In this document: positions 19,070 through 27,657 of the stretch, piece by piece
Layout: each line of letters begins with the position of its first letter
Position numbering within the stretch: position 1 is the stretch's first letter
DNA from: Clostridia bacterium
GTDB lineage: Bacteria > Bacillota > Clostridia > Oscillospirales > CAG-272
Assembly: GCA_017473085.1 (NCBI GenBank)
Contig: JAFUNF010000020.1
Location: 21,523-85,522, forward strand
Length of the DNA: 64,000 nt
Reading direction: 5' to 3'
The notes under the pieces: generated by a model
Seen by the model: only the letters and a program-made list of their open reading frames with translations
Told to the model about the DNA's origin: nothing
Databases searched by the model: none
Made by a program: the position numbers and the translations under genes

Positions 19070-21673
19070 TTATTCCTCCGTTACAGCTACACGCTTCCAA
19101 TAATACTTAGAGTATGTTTCACCAAGCAAGGTTTTATTTGCTTCCAAATCGCTTACGTCAACACTTATACCCGTTTCGCTGTCTAAAGCCTCGTAGCACA
19201 TCCAGCCATCTTCGTTTTCAAATGTAACCTTAGTAAGTGCCGTAATACTCTCAAAGGCTTGTGCACCTATATATTCAACACTTGCAGGGATAAGTATCTC
19301 TTTAATTTCCTTACAATACCAGAATGCCTTATCTTCAATTGTCTTTAGAGAGGCTGGAAGAGTTATACTTTCAAGCACAAAGCTACCTGCAAAGGCAAAA
19401 TAACCTATTTTTTCTACACTGTCAGGCATATTTACATTTTTCAAATATTGGCAGTTTGCAAATGCTAGTTGTGGAATTTCCTTAATATTTCCAGTAAACG
19501 TTACCGTTTCAAAACGACAACCAGAAAATTCTCCATCTGAAATTGTATCACCAGTATACACAATTGTTTTAAGAGATTCAGGTAAAACATATGTTAAAAA
19601 TCCACCAGTTGAGTCGTATTGCTGATTTGCCTCGTAATCTCCCATACCTAAGCCATACTCATCGAAAATATAGCCGAATAATGAATATTCTGGTGATGTG
19701 TTTCTTGCATATCCACCAAAAGGAATTGTCATTTTTTCAAGGCCTATATCATACGCAAAGCACCCCGCGTTCATTCTTTGCATACTATTTGGAATGACAA
19801 CCTCTGTAACTAAAGGACAGTATGCAAAGCTATATGAGCCTATATCAGTTACTCCCTCTTCAATTACAATAGTGGTAACCTCTGTACAGCCAAAAAATGC
19901 TTCATTACCTATTTTTGTACAGGTTGATGGAATCGTAATTTTAGTTAAGCCTCTGTAGCCTGCAAAACAGCCAGCAGGAAGATTAGTTATACTTGCTGGA
20001 ACAACAAGCTCGGTTAAAACCTCATTGCCTAAAACAAGCTTATCAGCGCAAACAGGAGCACTCTCTCCTTCTCCAAATTCAATTTTTAGCCATTCCTCCA
20101 AGGTACCCTCGTACGTTGTCGTTTCAATTTCAGCTACTGAGTAAAATGCATCATTTCCTATCGCAGTTACACTCTTTGGAATGGTTATATTTTTTAGTCC
20201 TGTGCAATTGTAAAATGCACGTGTATCAATAAGCTCAACAGTTGATGGAATAACTATCTCCTTCAAGCCCTTATTACTTGCAAACGCATATTGTCCTATT
20301 GCTTTCAACGAACCATTATCGGAAAAATTAATCTTTTCCAAGGAAGAACAGCTTCCAAAGGAATATTTTCCCAAGGTTTCTTGAGCAGGTGTAAATTTAA
20401 TTTCGGTAAGGCTTTTGCAGTTGTAAAAGGCGTATGTGCCAATTTCTCTGAGGTTTTCCCCAAGAGTGAGCTTCTTTAGCGATTCGCATCCGTAAAAGGC
20501 ATAATCTTTTATTCTTTCAATGGTGCTATCAATTTCCAAATTTCTGATAGGTGTATTGTTTATGTATAGAACAACCGTGCCATACAGGGGATTGCTACCG
20601 TAGTCATTAAAATTAATATTTACCCAATCCTTTAGGGTTCCCGTGTAATATACAGATGCAATTGGTTTTTCAGAGCCAGAATATTTAAATGCATTTTTGC
20701 CTATACCCTTTATTGTTGGTGGTATAGTTAAGCTGTTCAAGCTTATGCTCTTAAATACATTTGAGCCTATTGCCGTTATCGGTAGGTCCTTATACGTGCT
20801 TGGAATTGAAAGATCCGTTCCACTAAGAGAAGCTTGTACGCCTGTCAAGGTCCAACCCGTGCGCTCGTCATTCAACTCAAATTCAAGACCATTAGCACTT
20901 GCCTCCATGTGACCACAGCTTGAGCATCTGTTGTCATCTCCAATTGTATGAGCAGTTTTTTCAATAATTTCTGTCAATACGTAATTGCAGTCAGCACAAG
21001 TATACACCACCCTGCCATCCTTAAAGCAATTTCCAATAACCTCTGTTACACCTGCATCAAAGCTGTGTGGTGCTCTTGGGCTTAATTCGTTAGAATGCTC
21101 ACACGTTGCAGAGTGCCAGTGTCCTTGCTCATTTGAATCCCAGTCCTCACTATACGTATGGTTCAGCATAGGAATTTCTTGGTCGATGCTAAAATCACAC
21201 TCTGAGCAAACGAATGTTTTAACACCATTCTCTCCACAGGTTGCTTCTCTTGTAATGCTACTTTCAAAGCTATGCGCCTTTTTTTCACCCACAACTGTTG
21301 TATGCTCACAGTTAGCAATCACCCAGTGACCATACTCGTCCTTTTGATATTCGCTTGAATATGCGTGTCCTGTTTGTGGAATTGTTTCCTCCTTTACGTA
21401 TTGACAAACAGTACAGGTATATTTCTTAAGCCCGTTTTCTGTACAGCTTGCCTGAGAAACAATCTCAGCCTCTCCAAAGGTATGTGGAGCTTTATTGCTT
21501 ATAAGCTCTGTATGCTCACAGCTGGCATCGTGATAATGTCCAGTAGCATCGCTTGTCCACGCTTCGTTGAAGCTATGCTCATGCCTATTGCAAGAGGCTA
21601 CAAATATCGTTATTGTTACTATTAGCATAGACAATACAACGATTGTTAAAAGATTTCTTTTAGATTTTTTCAT
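19070..21673 (-). CDS. Secreted BspA-type leucine-rich-repeat protein with triplicated His/Cys-rich module
   Basis: 867 aa. Signal/TM segment (LLTIVVLSMLIVTITIFVASC), three ~70-aa His/Cys modules, then many LRR units of the IG..AF..C..L..I.IP.SV type. Confidence 0.85.
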   Translation of the reverse strand: MKKSKRNLLTIVVLSMLIVTITIFVASCNRHEHSFNEAWTSDATGHYHDASCEHTELISNKAPHTFGEAEIVSQASCTENGLKKYTCTVCQYVKEETIPQTGHAYSSEYQKDEYGHWVIANCEHTTVVGEKKAHSFESSITREATCGENGVKTFVCSECDFSIDQEIPMLNHTYSEDWDSNEQGHWHSATCEHSNELSPRAPHSFDAGVTEVIGNCFKDGRVVYTCADCNYVLTEIIEKTAHTIGDDNRCSSCGHMEASANGLEFELNDERTGWTLTGVQASLSGTDLSIPSTYKDLPITAIGSNVFKSISLNSLTIPPTIKGIGKNAFKYSGSEKPIASVYYTGTLKDWVNINFNDYGSNPLYGTVVLYINNTPIRNLEIDSTIERIKDYAFYGCESLKKLTLGENLREIGTYAFYNCKSLTEIKFTPAQETLGKYSFGSCSSLEKINFSDNGSLKAIGQYAFASNKGLKEIVIPSTVELIDTRAFYNCTGLKNITIPKSVTAIGNDAFYSVAEIETTTYEGTLEEWLKIEFGEGESAPVCADKLVLGNEVLTELVVPASITNLPAGCFAGYRGLTKITIPSTCTKIGNEAFFGCTEVTTIVIEEGVTDIGSYSFAYCPLVTEVVIPNSMQRMNAGCFAYDIGLEKMTIPFGGYARNTSPEYSLFGYIFDEYGLGMGDYEANQQYDSTGGFLTYVLPESLKTIVYTGDTISDGEFSGCRFETVTFTGNIKEIPQLAFANCQYLKNVNMPDSVEKIGYFAFAGSFVLESITLPASLKTIEDKAFWYCKEIKEILIPASVEYIGAQAFESITALTKVTFENEDGWMCYEALDSETGISVDVSDLEANKTLLGETYSKYYWKRVAVTEE

Positions 21674-21701
21674 TTTCTTCTCCTTTTACTATAATGTACG
21701 A

Positions 21702-21727
21702 TGTACATCGAATAACATATTCGGTGT
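21702..21727. promoter_or_regulatory. Palindromic site 1 (TGTACATCGAATA-ACA-TATTCGGTGT) in the 5' leader of the LRR operon
   Basis: A near-perfect hairpin/operator-like palindrome about 30 nt upstream of the 19070..21673 start codon. A second copy lies at 21830-21858. Confidence 0.35.
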
Positions 21728-21789
21728 TTGTTTTTTTGCAAAGGAGATTATAATTGTTATTAGATTTTCACAAAGATATAGAATTTTTG

Positions 21790-21818
21790 TTGACTTTTGA
21801 AATAAAATATGATACAAT
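21790..21818 (+). promoter_or_regulatory. Orphan plus-strand promoter-like element
   Basis: TTGACT, 17 nt, TACAAT, with a TG at the extended -10 position (tgaTACAAT). No plus-strand gene follows it. Confidence 0.35.
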
Positions 21819-21829
21819 TAGCTACACAA

Positions 21830-21864
21830 TGTACATCGAATATGTTATTCGGTGTACATTTTTT
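21830..21864 (+). promoter_or_regulatory. Palindromic site 2 (TGTACATCGAATA-TGT-TATTCGGTGTACA) followed by TTTTTT
   Basis: A 13-bp stem (with one G-T pair) and a 3-nt loop, then a T-run, about 10 nt downstream of the orphan promoter. Same arms as site 1, with the loop complemented. Confidence 0.35.
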
Positions 21865-21883
21865 AGTGTACCTTTTTACTTTT

Positions 21884-21962
21884 CGCAAATCGAAAAGCCA
21901 CGGAATTTCCGTGGCTCTTACTATATATAACACGTGCCACAGGTTAGCCTGTGGCACGTTTC
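21884..21962 (-). terminator. Two tandem hairpins terminating the liv operon
   Basis: ACGTGCCACAGG-ctaa-CCTGTGGCACGT, then GCCACGGAA-a-TTCCGTGGC followed by TTTTCGATTT (read on the minus strand), directly downstream of livF. Confidence 0.6.
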
Positions 21963-22030
21963 GTATTTATGAAATAAATATTTTCACTTGTCGAAGGGCA
22001 AATTTCATTGCATTGTACCTATCACAATGC

Positions 22031-22741
22031 TTAGCCACCAAGGTAAGCCTTGCGAACCATTTCGCTTTCGCTAAGCTCCTTGCCTGTGCCAGAAAGAACG
22101 ATTTCGCCGTTTTCCAAAACGTAGGCTCTGTCGGAGATTGCAAGAGATTTTCCCGCATTTTGCTCAACTAATAAAATCGTTGTGCCACCCTTGTTTATGT
22201 CCTTGATAATTTCAAAAACCTGATCAACAAGGAGTGGGGAAAGTCCCATAGATGGCTCGTCAAGCATAAGCAATTTAGGATGGCTCATAAGAGCACGTCC
22301 CATTGCAAGCATCTGCTGTTCGCCACCTGACAAGGTTCCTGCAACCTGATTTTTTCTTTCCTCAAGACGTGGAAAGCGTGCATAGATTGCTTGAAGGTCC
22401 TCCTTTAAGGTTGCTTTATTCTTATTGGAATAAGCACCCATTAAAAGATTTTCATAAACTGTAAGCTCTTGGAAGATACGTCTGCCCTCAGGAACCTGTG
22501 TCATACCTAAATGAACAACCTTGTGACAGGGTGTTTTAGTTATGTCCTCTCCCTGAAAGGTAACTGTACCTCCCTTTTTTGGAATAAGTCCAACTATACT
22601 TTGCATTGTGGTGGTTTTGCCTGCACCATTTGCACCGATAAGGGTAACTATTTCCCCCTCATTTACCTCGAAGCTAATGCCCTTAATGGCACGGATAACA
22701 CCGTAGTTTACCTCAAGGTCGTGTACCTCTAACATAGCCAT
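22031..22741 (-). CDS. livF: Branched-chain amino acid ABC transporter ATP-binding protein
   Basis: 236 aa with Walker A GANGAGKTT, signature LSGGEQQML and Walker B LLMLDEPSMGL. Last gene of the livJHMGF order. Confidence 0.93.
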   Translation of the reverse strand: MAMLEVHDLEVNYGVIRAIKGISFEVNEGEIVTLIGANGAGKTTTMQSIVGLIPKKGGTVTFQGEDITKTPCHKVVHLGMTQVPEGRRIFQELTVYENLLMGAYSNKNKATLKEDLQAIYARFPRLEERKNQVAGTLSGGEQQMLAMGRALMSHPKLLMLDEPSMGLSPLLVDQVFEIIKDINKGGTTILLVEQNAGKSLAISDRAYVLENGEIVLSGTGKELSESEMVRKAYLGG

Positions 22742-22744
22742 AGC

Positions 22745-23593
22745 TTAACCTCCAATGTATGCCTTAATAACCTCAGGGTCACTAAGCGCAGTTTTTGTAT
22801 CGCCCTCTGCAAGCACTGTACCGAAGTTCAATACAGTAATCTCGTCGCAAAGACCTGAAACAAATTTCATATCGTGCTCGATAAGTAGAATTGTCATATC
22901 AAAGTTATCACGAATGTATTTGATAGTCTTAACTAAATCCTCTGTTTCGTTAGGATTCATGCCTGCCGCAGGCTCGTCAAGTAAAAGCAATTTTGGATTA
23001 GTTGCAAGAGCTCTTGCAATTTCAAGCTTTCTTTGCTTACCATAAGGCAAATTACAAGCAAGATTATTTCTTTCGTCCTCTAAGTCGAAAATTTTGAGTA
23101 AATCCTTTGCTCTTTGACGCATTGTCTTTTCAACCTTAAAGTGCTGAGGCAAGCGAAGAATTGACACAAGCTCATTGCACTTAAATTCAGGATTGTTATG
23201 CAAGCCAACCATTACGTTACGAACAACAGTCATATTATTAAACAAACGAATGTTTTGGAAGGTACGTGCAATTCCCTTTTGGTTTATTACCTCCTGAGAA
23301 AGTCCCTTTAGCTCCTCGCCATTTAGGTAGAAGGTGCCACTTGTTGGCTTATAAACACCTGTTAAAAGATTGAAAATTGTAGTTTTACCAGCACCATTAG
23401 GACCGATAAGACCATAAATTTGATTTTTCTTTATTTTAATATTTACGTTTTGCGCAGCCTTTAAGCCACCAAAGGTAATACCCAAATCCCTTGTTTCAAG
23501 AACGTAATCGCTTTCGATTTTTTCTCTTACGTGAGCTTTTTGGAGGATTTTCTCTTTGACAAAGCCTTTTATTGAATCTATAAATTTTGCCAT
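22745..23593 (-). CDS. livG: Branched-chain amino acid ABC transporter ATP-binding protein
   Basis: 282 aa with GPNGAGKTT, LPYGKQRKLEIARAL, LLLLDEPAAGMN and the LivG-type C-terminal extension. Confidence 0.93.
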   Translation of the reverse strand: MAKFIDSIKGFVKEKILQKAHVREKIESDYVLETRDLGITFGGLKAAQNVNIKIKKNQIYGLIGPNGAGKTTIFNLLTGVYKPTSGTFYLNGEELKGLSQEVINQKGIARTFQNIRLFNNMTVVRNVMVGLHNNPEFKCNELVSILRLPQHFKVEKTMRQRAKDLLKIFDLEDERNNLACNLPYGKQRKLEIARALATNPKLLLLDEPAAGMNPNETEDLVKTIKYIRDNFDMTILLIEHDMKFVSGLCDEITVLNFGTVLAEGDTKTALSDPEVIKAYIGG

Positions 23594-24768
23594 TATTCAC
23601 TACCTCCTCGCTCGCCTACGTCGGCACTATTGTCGCCTGTATCATCAACTACAATATCAGTAGACAAAACCTCGTCCATAGAGATTTTTGTAGGCACCAC
23701 GTCCCATCTTGCCGCATCGTCTCGTGTCCTTGCAGGGTCGTGCTTTCTCTTGGATAGCATTTTAATAATATTATCAATGCTGTACTTATCACGGAATCTC
23801 TTTAGCTTAGGAGCATTGTTGTAAATAACAATCAATATAAGAATCAACGCATAAATCAAATCCTTAAGAATAGCAAGGTCACCCTTAAGCACGTTTTGAA
23901 GCTGAACGTTTAAGAAGGTAATCAAGGTAGCTGAAATAATTGAGCCGTTTATACTACCCATACCACCTAAAACGACCATAACTAAGATTTCAATTGAATA
24001 GTTATAGTCAAAGGTTGCACTTGAAATAGTGCTTTGGCTATAACTGAAGATTACACCAGCAAAGCCTGCAAAAATTGCAGCTATTATAAAGCCGATTAGC
24101 TTATACTTAGTTACGTTAATGCCCATTGCTCTTGCTGCAATTTCGTTATCACGAATAGCAGTAATTGCACGGCCGTGCTTACTCTTGATAAAGTTTTGTA
24201 ATACTGCAAGAGTAGCCAAAACCATCAAGAAGCCAATTATAAACAAATATTTCTTGTCAAATCTTGGTGTTGTAAGACCAATAGGTCCACCAAAGGATTC
24301 TGTGCTTGAGTTTTGGAAGATAACCTTAACAATCTCACCAAAGGCAAGGGTAACAATTGCAAGATAGTCGCCCTTCAATCTAAGAGCAGGAAGACCTACG
24401 ATAAATCCACAGGCACCTGCACAAATACCACCAACCACAAGGGCAATTATAAGAACGAGTATTCCGTCTCCTACTCCACCTAATGCAGTTTTTGCAAGCA
24501 TAGCTGCAACCTTACCACCAAGGTATGCTCCTACACACATAAAGCCTGCGTGACCTAAGGAAAGCTCACCCAAGAAGCCAACAACAAGACTAAGTGAAAC
24601 GGCAAGAATTATGCTTATTGCTATTTTTTCAAGAAGATAAATTGTTGATGATGGAAGCCCACCTGCCAAGGAAAGAGCACCAAAAACTATTGTAACAATA
24701 GCAATTGCTGTATAGTTAATATAATTTTTCCATTTAACCTTTTTTAGTCCATTTACAAATTTACTCAT
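23593..24768 (-). CDS. livM: Branched-chain amino acid ABC transporter permease
   Basis: 391 aa, multi-TM, LivM-like. It has an unusual ~70-aa hydrophilic C-terminal tail. It overlaps livG by 1 nt and livH by 1 nt. Confidence 0.9.
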   Translation of the reverse strand: MSKFVNGLKKVKWKNYINYTAIAIVTIVFGALSLAGGLPSSTIYLLEKIAISIILAVSLSLVVGFLGELSLGHAGFMCVGAYLGGKVAAMLAKTALGGVGDGILVLIIALVVGGICAGACGFIVGLPALRLKGDYLAIVTLAFGEIVKVIFQNSSTESFGGPIGLTTPRFDKKYLFIIGFLMVLATLAVLQNFIKSKHGRAITAIRDNEIAARAMGINVTKYKLIGFIIAAIFAGFAGVIFSYSQSTISSATFDYNYSIEILVMVVLGGMGSINGSIISATLITFLNVQLQNVLKGDLAILKDLIYALILILIVIYNNAPKLKRFRDKYSIDNIIKMLSKRKHDPARTRDDAARWDVVPTKISMDEVLSTDIVVDDTGDNSADVGERGGSE

Positions 24769-25631
24769 TATACCTTCTCCCTTCTCTTCTTACCGAGCAA
24801 GCCTGTTGGCTTAACAAGAAGAATTATAATAAGTATTGAAAACTCAATTGCATCAGTGTAAGCAGAGATTGCAGGGATTGAAAGACAAATGCTTTCAACA
24901 ACACCGAGCAAAAGTCCACCAACCATAGCACCAGGAATTGAGCCGATACCACCGATAACCGCAGCAGTAAATGCCTTAATACCAGGTAATGCGCCAAAGG
25001 TTGTTGTCATTGTTTGTACCTTTAGGAAATAGAACAAGCCTGCAATAGCTGCAAGGGCTGAGCCTATTGCAAAGGTTATCATAATAATAAAGTTTACGTT
25101 AATGCCCATTAGTTGTGCAGCACCCTTATCCTCGGATACTGCTACCATTGCACGACCCACCTTTGTATATTTTACAAAAAGATGAAGAGCAAGCATTACA
25201 ATAACGGAGCAAACAAGTGTAATAATTGTAGATATTTCAATCTTTAGCTCTCCGAGTTGAAGTGCGCCAAGATTAATCTGTTGAATTTTTGGAGCTGAGC
25301 CAAAAATAACCTGTGCAAGGCTTTGCAAAAGTGTGCTTACACCAATTGCCGTAATCAAAACTGCAAGAGGTGACGCTCCACGAAGTGGCTTGTAAGCAAA
25401 TTTTTCAACAGTTATACCGACTATTACACAAAATACTATTGCCGCTACAATTGCAAGCACAGGGTTTACTGGAATAAAAAGCAGAATGGTATAGCCACCT
25501 ACCATTATTATGTCGCCGTGTGCAAAGTTAAGCATCTTTGCAATACCGTAAACCATGGTATAGCCAAGGGCTATCATTGCATAGATACCACCTAAGCTAA
25601 GACCGTTTACCAATGTAATTAAAAAATCCAT
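24768..25631 (-). CDS. livH: Branched-chain amino acid ABC transporter permease
   Basis: LivH-like (MDFLITLVNGLSLGGIYAMIALGYTMVYG...). I prefer the start at the ATG at 25631 (RBS AAGGAAA) over the track start at 25667. Confidence 0.9.
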   Translation of the reverse strand: MDFLITLVNGLSLGGIYAMIALGYTMVYGIAKMLNFAHGDIIMVGGYTILLFIPVNPVLAIVAAIVFCVIVGITVEKFAYKPLRGASPLAVLITAIGVSTLLQSLAQVIFGSAPKIQQINLGALQLGELKIEISTIITLVCSVIVMLALHLFVKYTKVGRAMVAVSEDKGAAQLMGINVNFIIMITFAIGSALAAIAGLFYFLKVQTMTTTFGALPGIKAFTAAVIGGIGSIPGAMVGGLLLGVVESICLSIPAISAYTDAIEFSILIIILLVKPTGLLGKKRREKV

Positions 25632-25701
25632 CTCATTTTCCTTTATTAAAAAGTTGCCGACGCACAAGGCGTCGGCAAAATTCTTTTGTTATTTCGCCAA
25701 A

Positions 25702-26910
25702 TTAAGCATTAGCCTCTTTTACTACGTACTTAATAGCTTCCTTGTTTACGTATCCTGTGCTCTCCCAAGAGATATCGGACTTGTTATCGCCCTCTGTCTT
25801 ACCTGTGATGCCGTGGAATACGAAGCTGTCGCTATTGAATACCTCTGTGAGAATATCACAAAGAGCACTTGGTGCGATATTAGCTGGGATTTCGTTACCA
25901 TTAGCCTTAGCTACCTTCATAGCCTCGTAAATTGCCCATACACAGTCATATGCAGCAGCACCGAACTGGTTGAGTGGCTCCTTAACCTCATCGTAAGCTT
26001 CGTTGTACTTGTCGATAAATACCTTAGCAGGACCACTTGTAGCATTTGAGTTGAAGTGTGAAAGATAAGAAACCTCTTGTGGAATTGTTGTAATATCAAA
26101 GCCGTCGATAGCATCGATACCATCAAGACCATCACAACCATAGTAGATTGTGCTTGCCTTAACTGTTGTAGCACCCTGTGACATAAATTGTGAAGCAGGT
26201 GTGTAATAGATAGGCATAAAGATTACGTCGCAATCCTTCAAAAGATTGATTTGTGAATCGAATACAGTTGCTTCACCAGTGAATGGAGCCTCAACGATTG
26301 TACCGAAGGATTGGTCAAGTGTAGATTTGAACTGATCAAAAATACCCTTTGAGTATTCGTCGTCTGCCTTGTAGAATACGCCAATCTTCTTACCTTGGTA
26401 GTTGTCGTTGAAGTAAACGGCTGAAGCACCACCTTGGTTAGAGTCAGCGAAGCACATTTGGTAGCCGTTTGAGAACTCAGGAATAGCATCACCTGTTGCA
26501 GATGGTGTTAGGAAGAACACATTGTCGTCCTTAGAAAGCACCTTGAACTCAAGACCTGGCTTTGTTGTAACTGTACCAAGAGATACCTGCATACCATTCT
26601 CGTAAAGGTTTGCATAGCCTGTTGGAACGTTTGTTGGGTCGTGCTTGTCATCATACATATCAAGCTCGAACTGAAGACCTAAAGGACCATTGCCGTCCTT
26701 TTCAATTTCGTTGATTTCGTTTACTGCAAGCTGAGCAGAATTTCTAACTGCAATACCATAAATAGCAGCACCACCAGTTAACGGACCGGATACACCGATT
26801 TTGATTTTTGTGTTGTTCTCTGCGTAGTTAGTTGTGCCACAAGAAGCGAATGCACATACTATACCGAAGCAAAGTACAACTGCAAGAATTAAGGATAAAA
26901 CCTTTTTCAT
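25702..26910 (-). CDS. livJ: Branched-chain amino acid ABC transporter substrate-binding lipoprotein
   Basis: Type I periplasmic-binding fold (..IKIGVSGPLTGGAAIYG..) and a lipobox (AFASCG). I prefer the start at 26910 (GGAGGAAG RBS) over the track start at 26925. Confidence 0.88.
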   Translation of the reverse strand: MKKVLSLILAVVLCFGIVCAFASCGTTNYAENNTKIKIGVSGPLTGGAAIYGIAVRNSAQLAVNEINEIEKDGNGPLGLQFELDMYDDKHDPTNVPTGYANLYENGMQVSLGTVTTKPGLEFKVLSKDDNVFFLTPSATGDAIPEFSNGYQMCFADSNQGGASAVYFNDNYQGKKIGVFYKADDEYSKGIFDQFKSTLDQSFGTIVEAPFTGEATVFDSQINLLKDCDVIFMPIYYTPASQFMSQGATTVKASTIYYGCDGLDGIDAIDGFDITTIPQEVSYLSHFNSNATSGPAKVFIDKYNEAYDEVKEPLNQFGAAAYDCVWAIYEAMKVAKANGNEIPANIAPSALCDILTEVFNSDSFVFHGITGKTEGDNKSDISWESTGYVNKEAIKYVVKEANA

Positions 26911-26945
26911 TTCTTCTTCCTCCAAAATGTAAATAATACTAACAT

Positions 26946-26972
26946 ATTATACCCTTTTTTCTTACTTGTCAA
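26946..26972 (-). promoter_or_regulatory. Candidate liv operon promoter
   Basis: On the minus strand: TTGACA, 15 nt, TATAAT. Both hexamers are consensus but the spacer is short, hence the low confidence. Confidence 0.3.
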
Positions 26973-27014
26973 GAGTAAACCTTAAAATTTTCTTAAAAAA
27001 GTATAAATATTCAG

Positions 27015-27027
27015 AATTTTCGAAAAT
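27015..27027. promoter_or_regulatory. CodY-box-like palindrome upstream of the liv operon
   Basis: AATTTTCGAAAAT contains the perfect 12-nt palindrome ATTTTCGAAAAT. It resembles the Firmicutes CodY consensus AATTTTCWGAAAATT but lacks the central W. Confidence 0.2.
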
Positions 27028-27153
27028 ATTCATAATTTATTCAATTAAAAGAAAATTCAAGGGAGCCGACAAGAAAGCTCCCCTCTAATTAATATAAGAT
27101 ATTGTGCTCAAGAGGTTTAATCTTATACAAGCTGATTTACTCTGACAACAATT

Positions 27154-27645
27154 TTATGCATTCTTATCTGCATACTCCTTGATACGTCTTTTTACCTCGT
27201 TGAATTTGACCTCGTCGTAGATATACTTCTGTCTTTCCTTAACAAAGTTTTTGCTACCTCTCTTCTCGTGGCTGTATCTTGGAATAAGCTGAATGTGGTA
27301 ATGGTTGTTAGGTCCGTCGCACATTGTACACATATAGACTCTTTCACAGCCATAAACCTCTCTTATGATAATCATAAGCTGCTTAGCAAAGCGAATTATC
27401 TTTTCATTAATATAGTCAGGTGCTTCACTAAGGTCGTGATAATGCTCTTCAGTTGATATGCAAAGATGTCCCTGTGCCCTTGGATTGTTGGCAAAAAACG
27501 CCTCAATATCCTTGTCCCTGTAAACTAAAATATTTGTATCGTCTCCAAAAACAGCACCCCCGTGCTCTCTGTCAAAGCAGGTAGGACAAATACCAATGTC
27601 GGTAAGCTCCCCTGCACTTAGCTTAAGTAAATCCTTTAGTTCCAT
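27154..27645 (-). CDS. HIT-family protein
   Basis: 163 aa with the histidine triad NHYHIQLIP and an N-terminal CPTC. It is 12 nt downstream of the LarA homologue. Confidence 0.85.
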   Translation of the reverse strand: MELKDLLKLSAGELTDIGICPTCFDREHGGAVFGDDTNILVYRDKDIEAFFANNPRAQGHLCISTEEHYHDLSEAPDYINEKIIRFAKQLMIIIREVYGCERVYMCTMCDGPNNHYHIQLIPRYSHEKRGSKNFVKERQKYIYDEVKFNEVKRRIKEYADKNA

Positions 27646-27657
27646 TTTTATTCTCCT

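Noticed and set aside
21760-22171. Three small overlapping ORFs (65, 120 and 66 aa) between the LRR operon and livF
   Set aside because: They cover promoter, palindrome and terminator hairpins and overlap the livF 3' end. They have no RBS and mutually exclusive frames, so the region is better explained as regulatory DNA.
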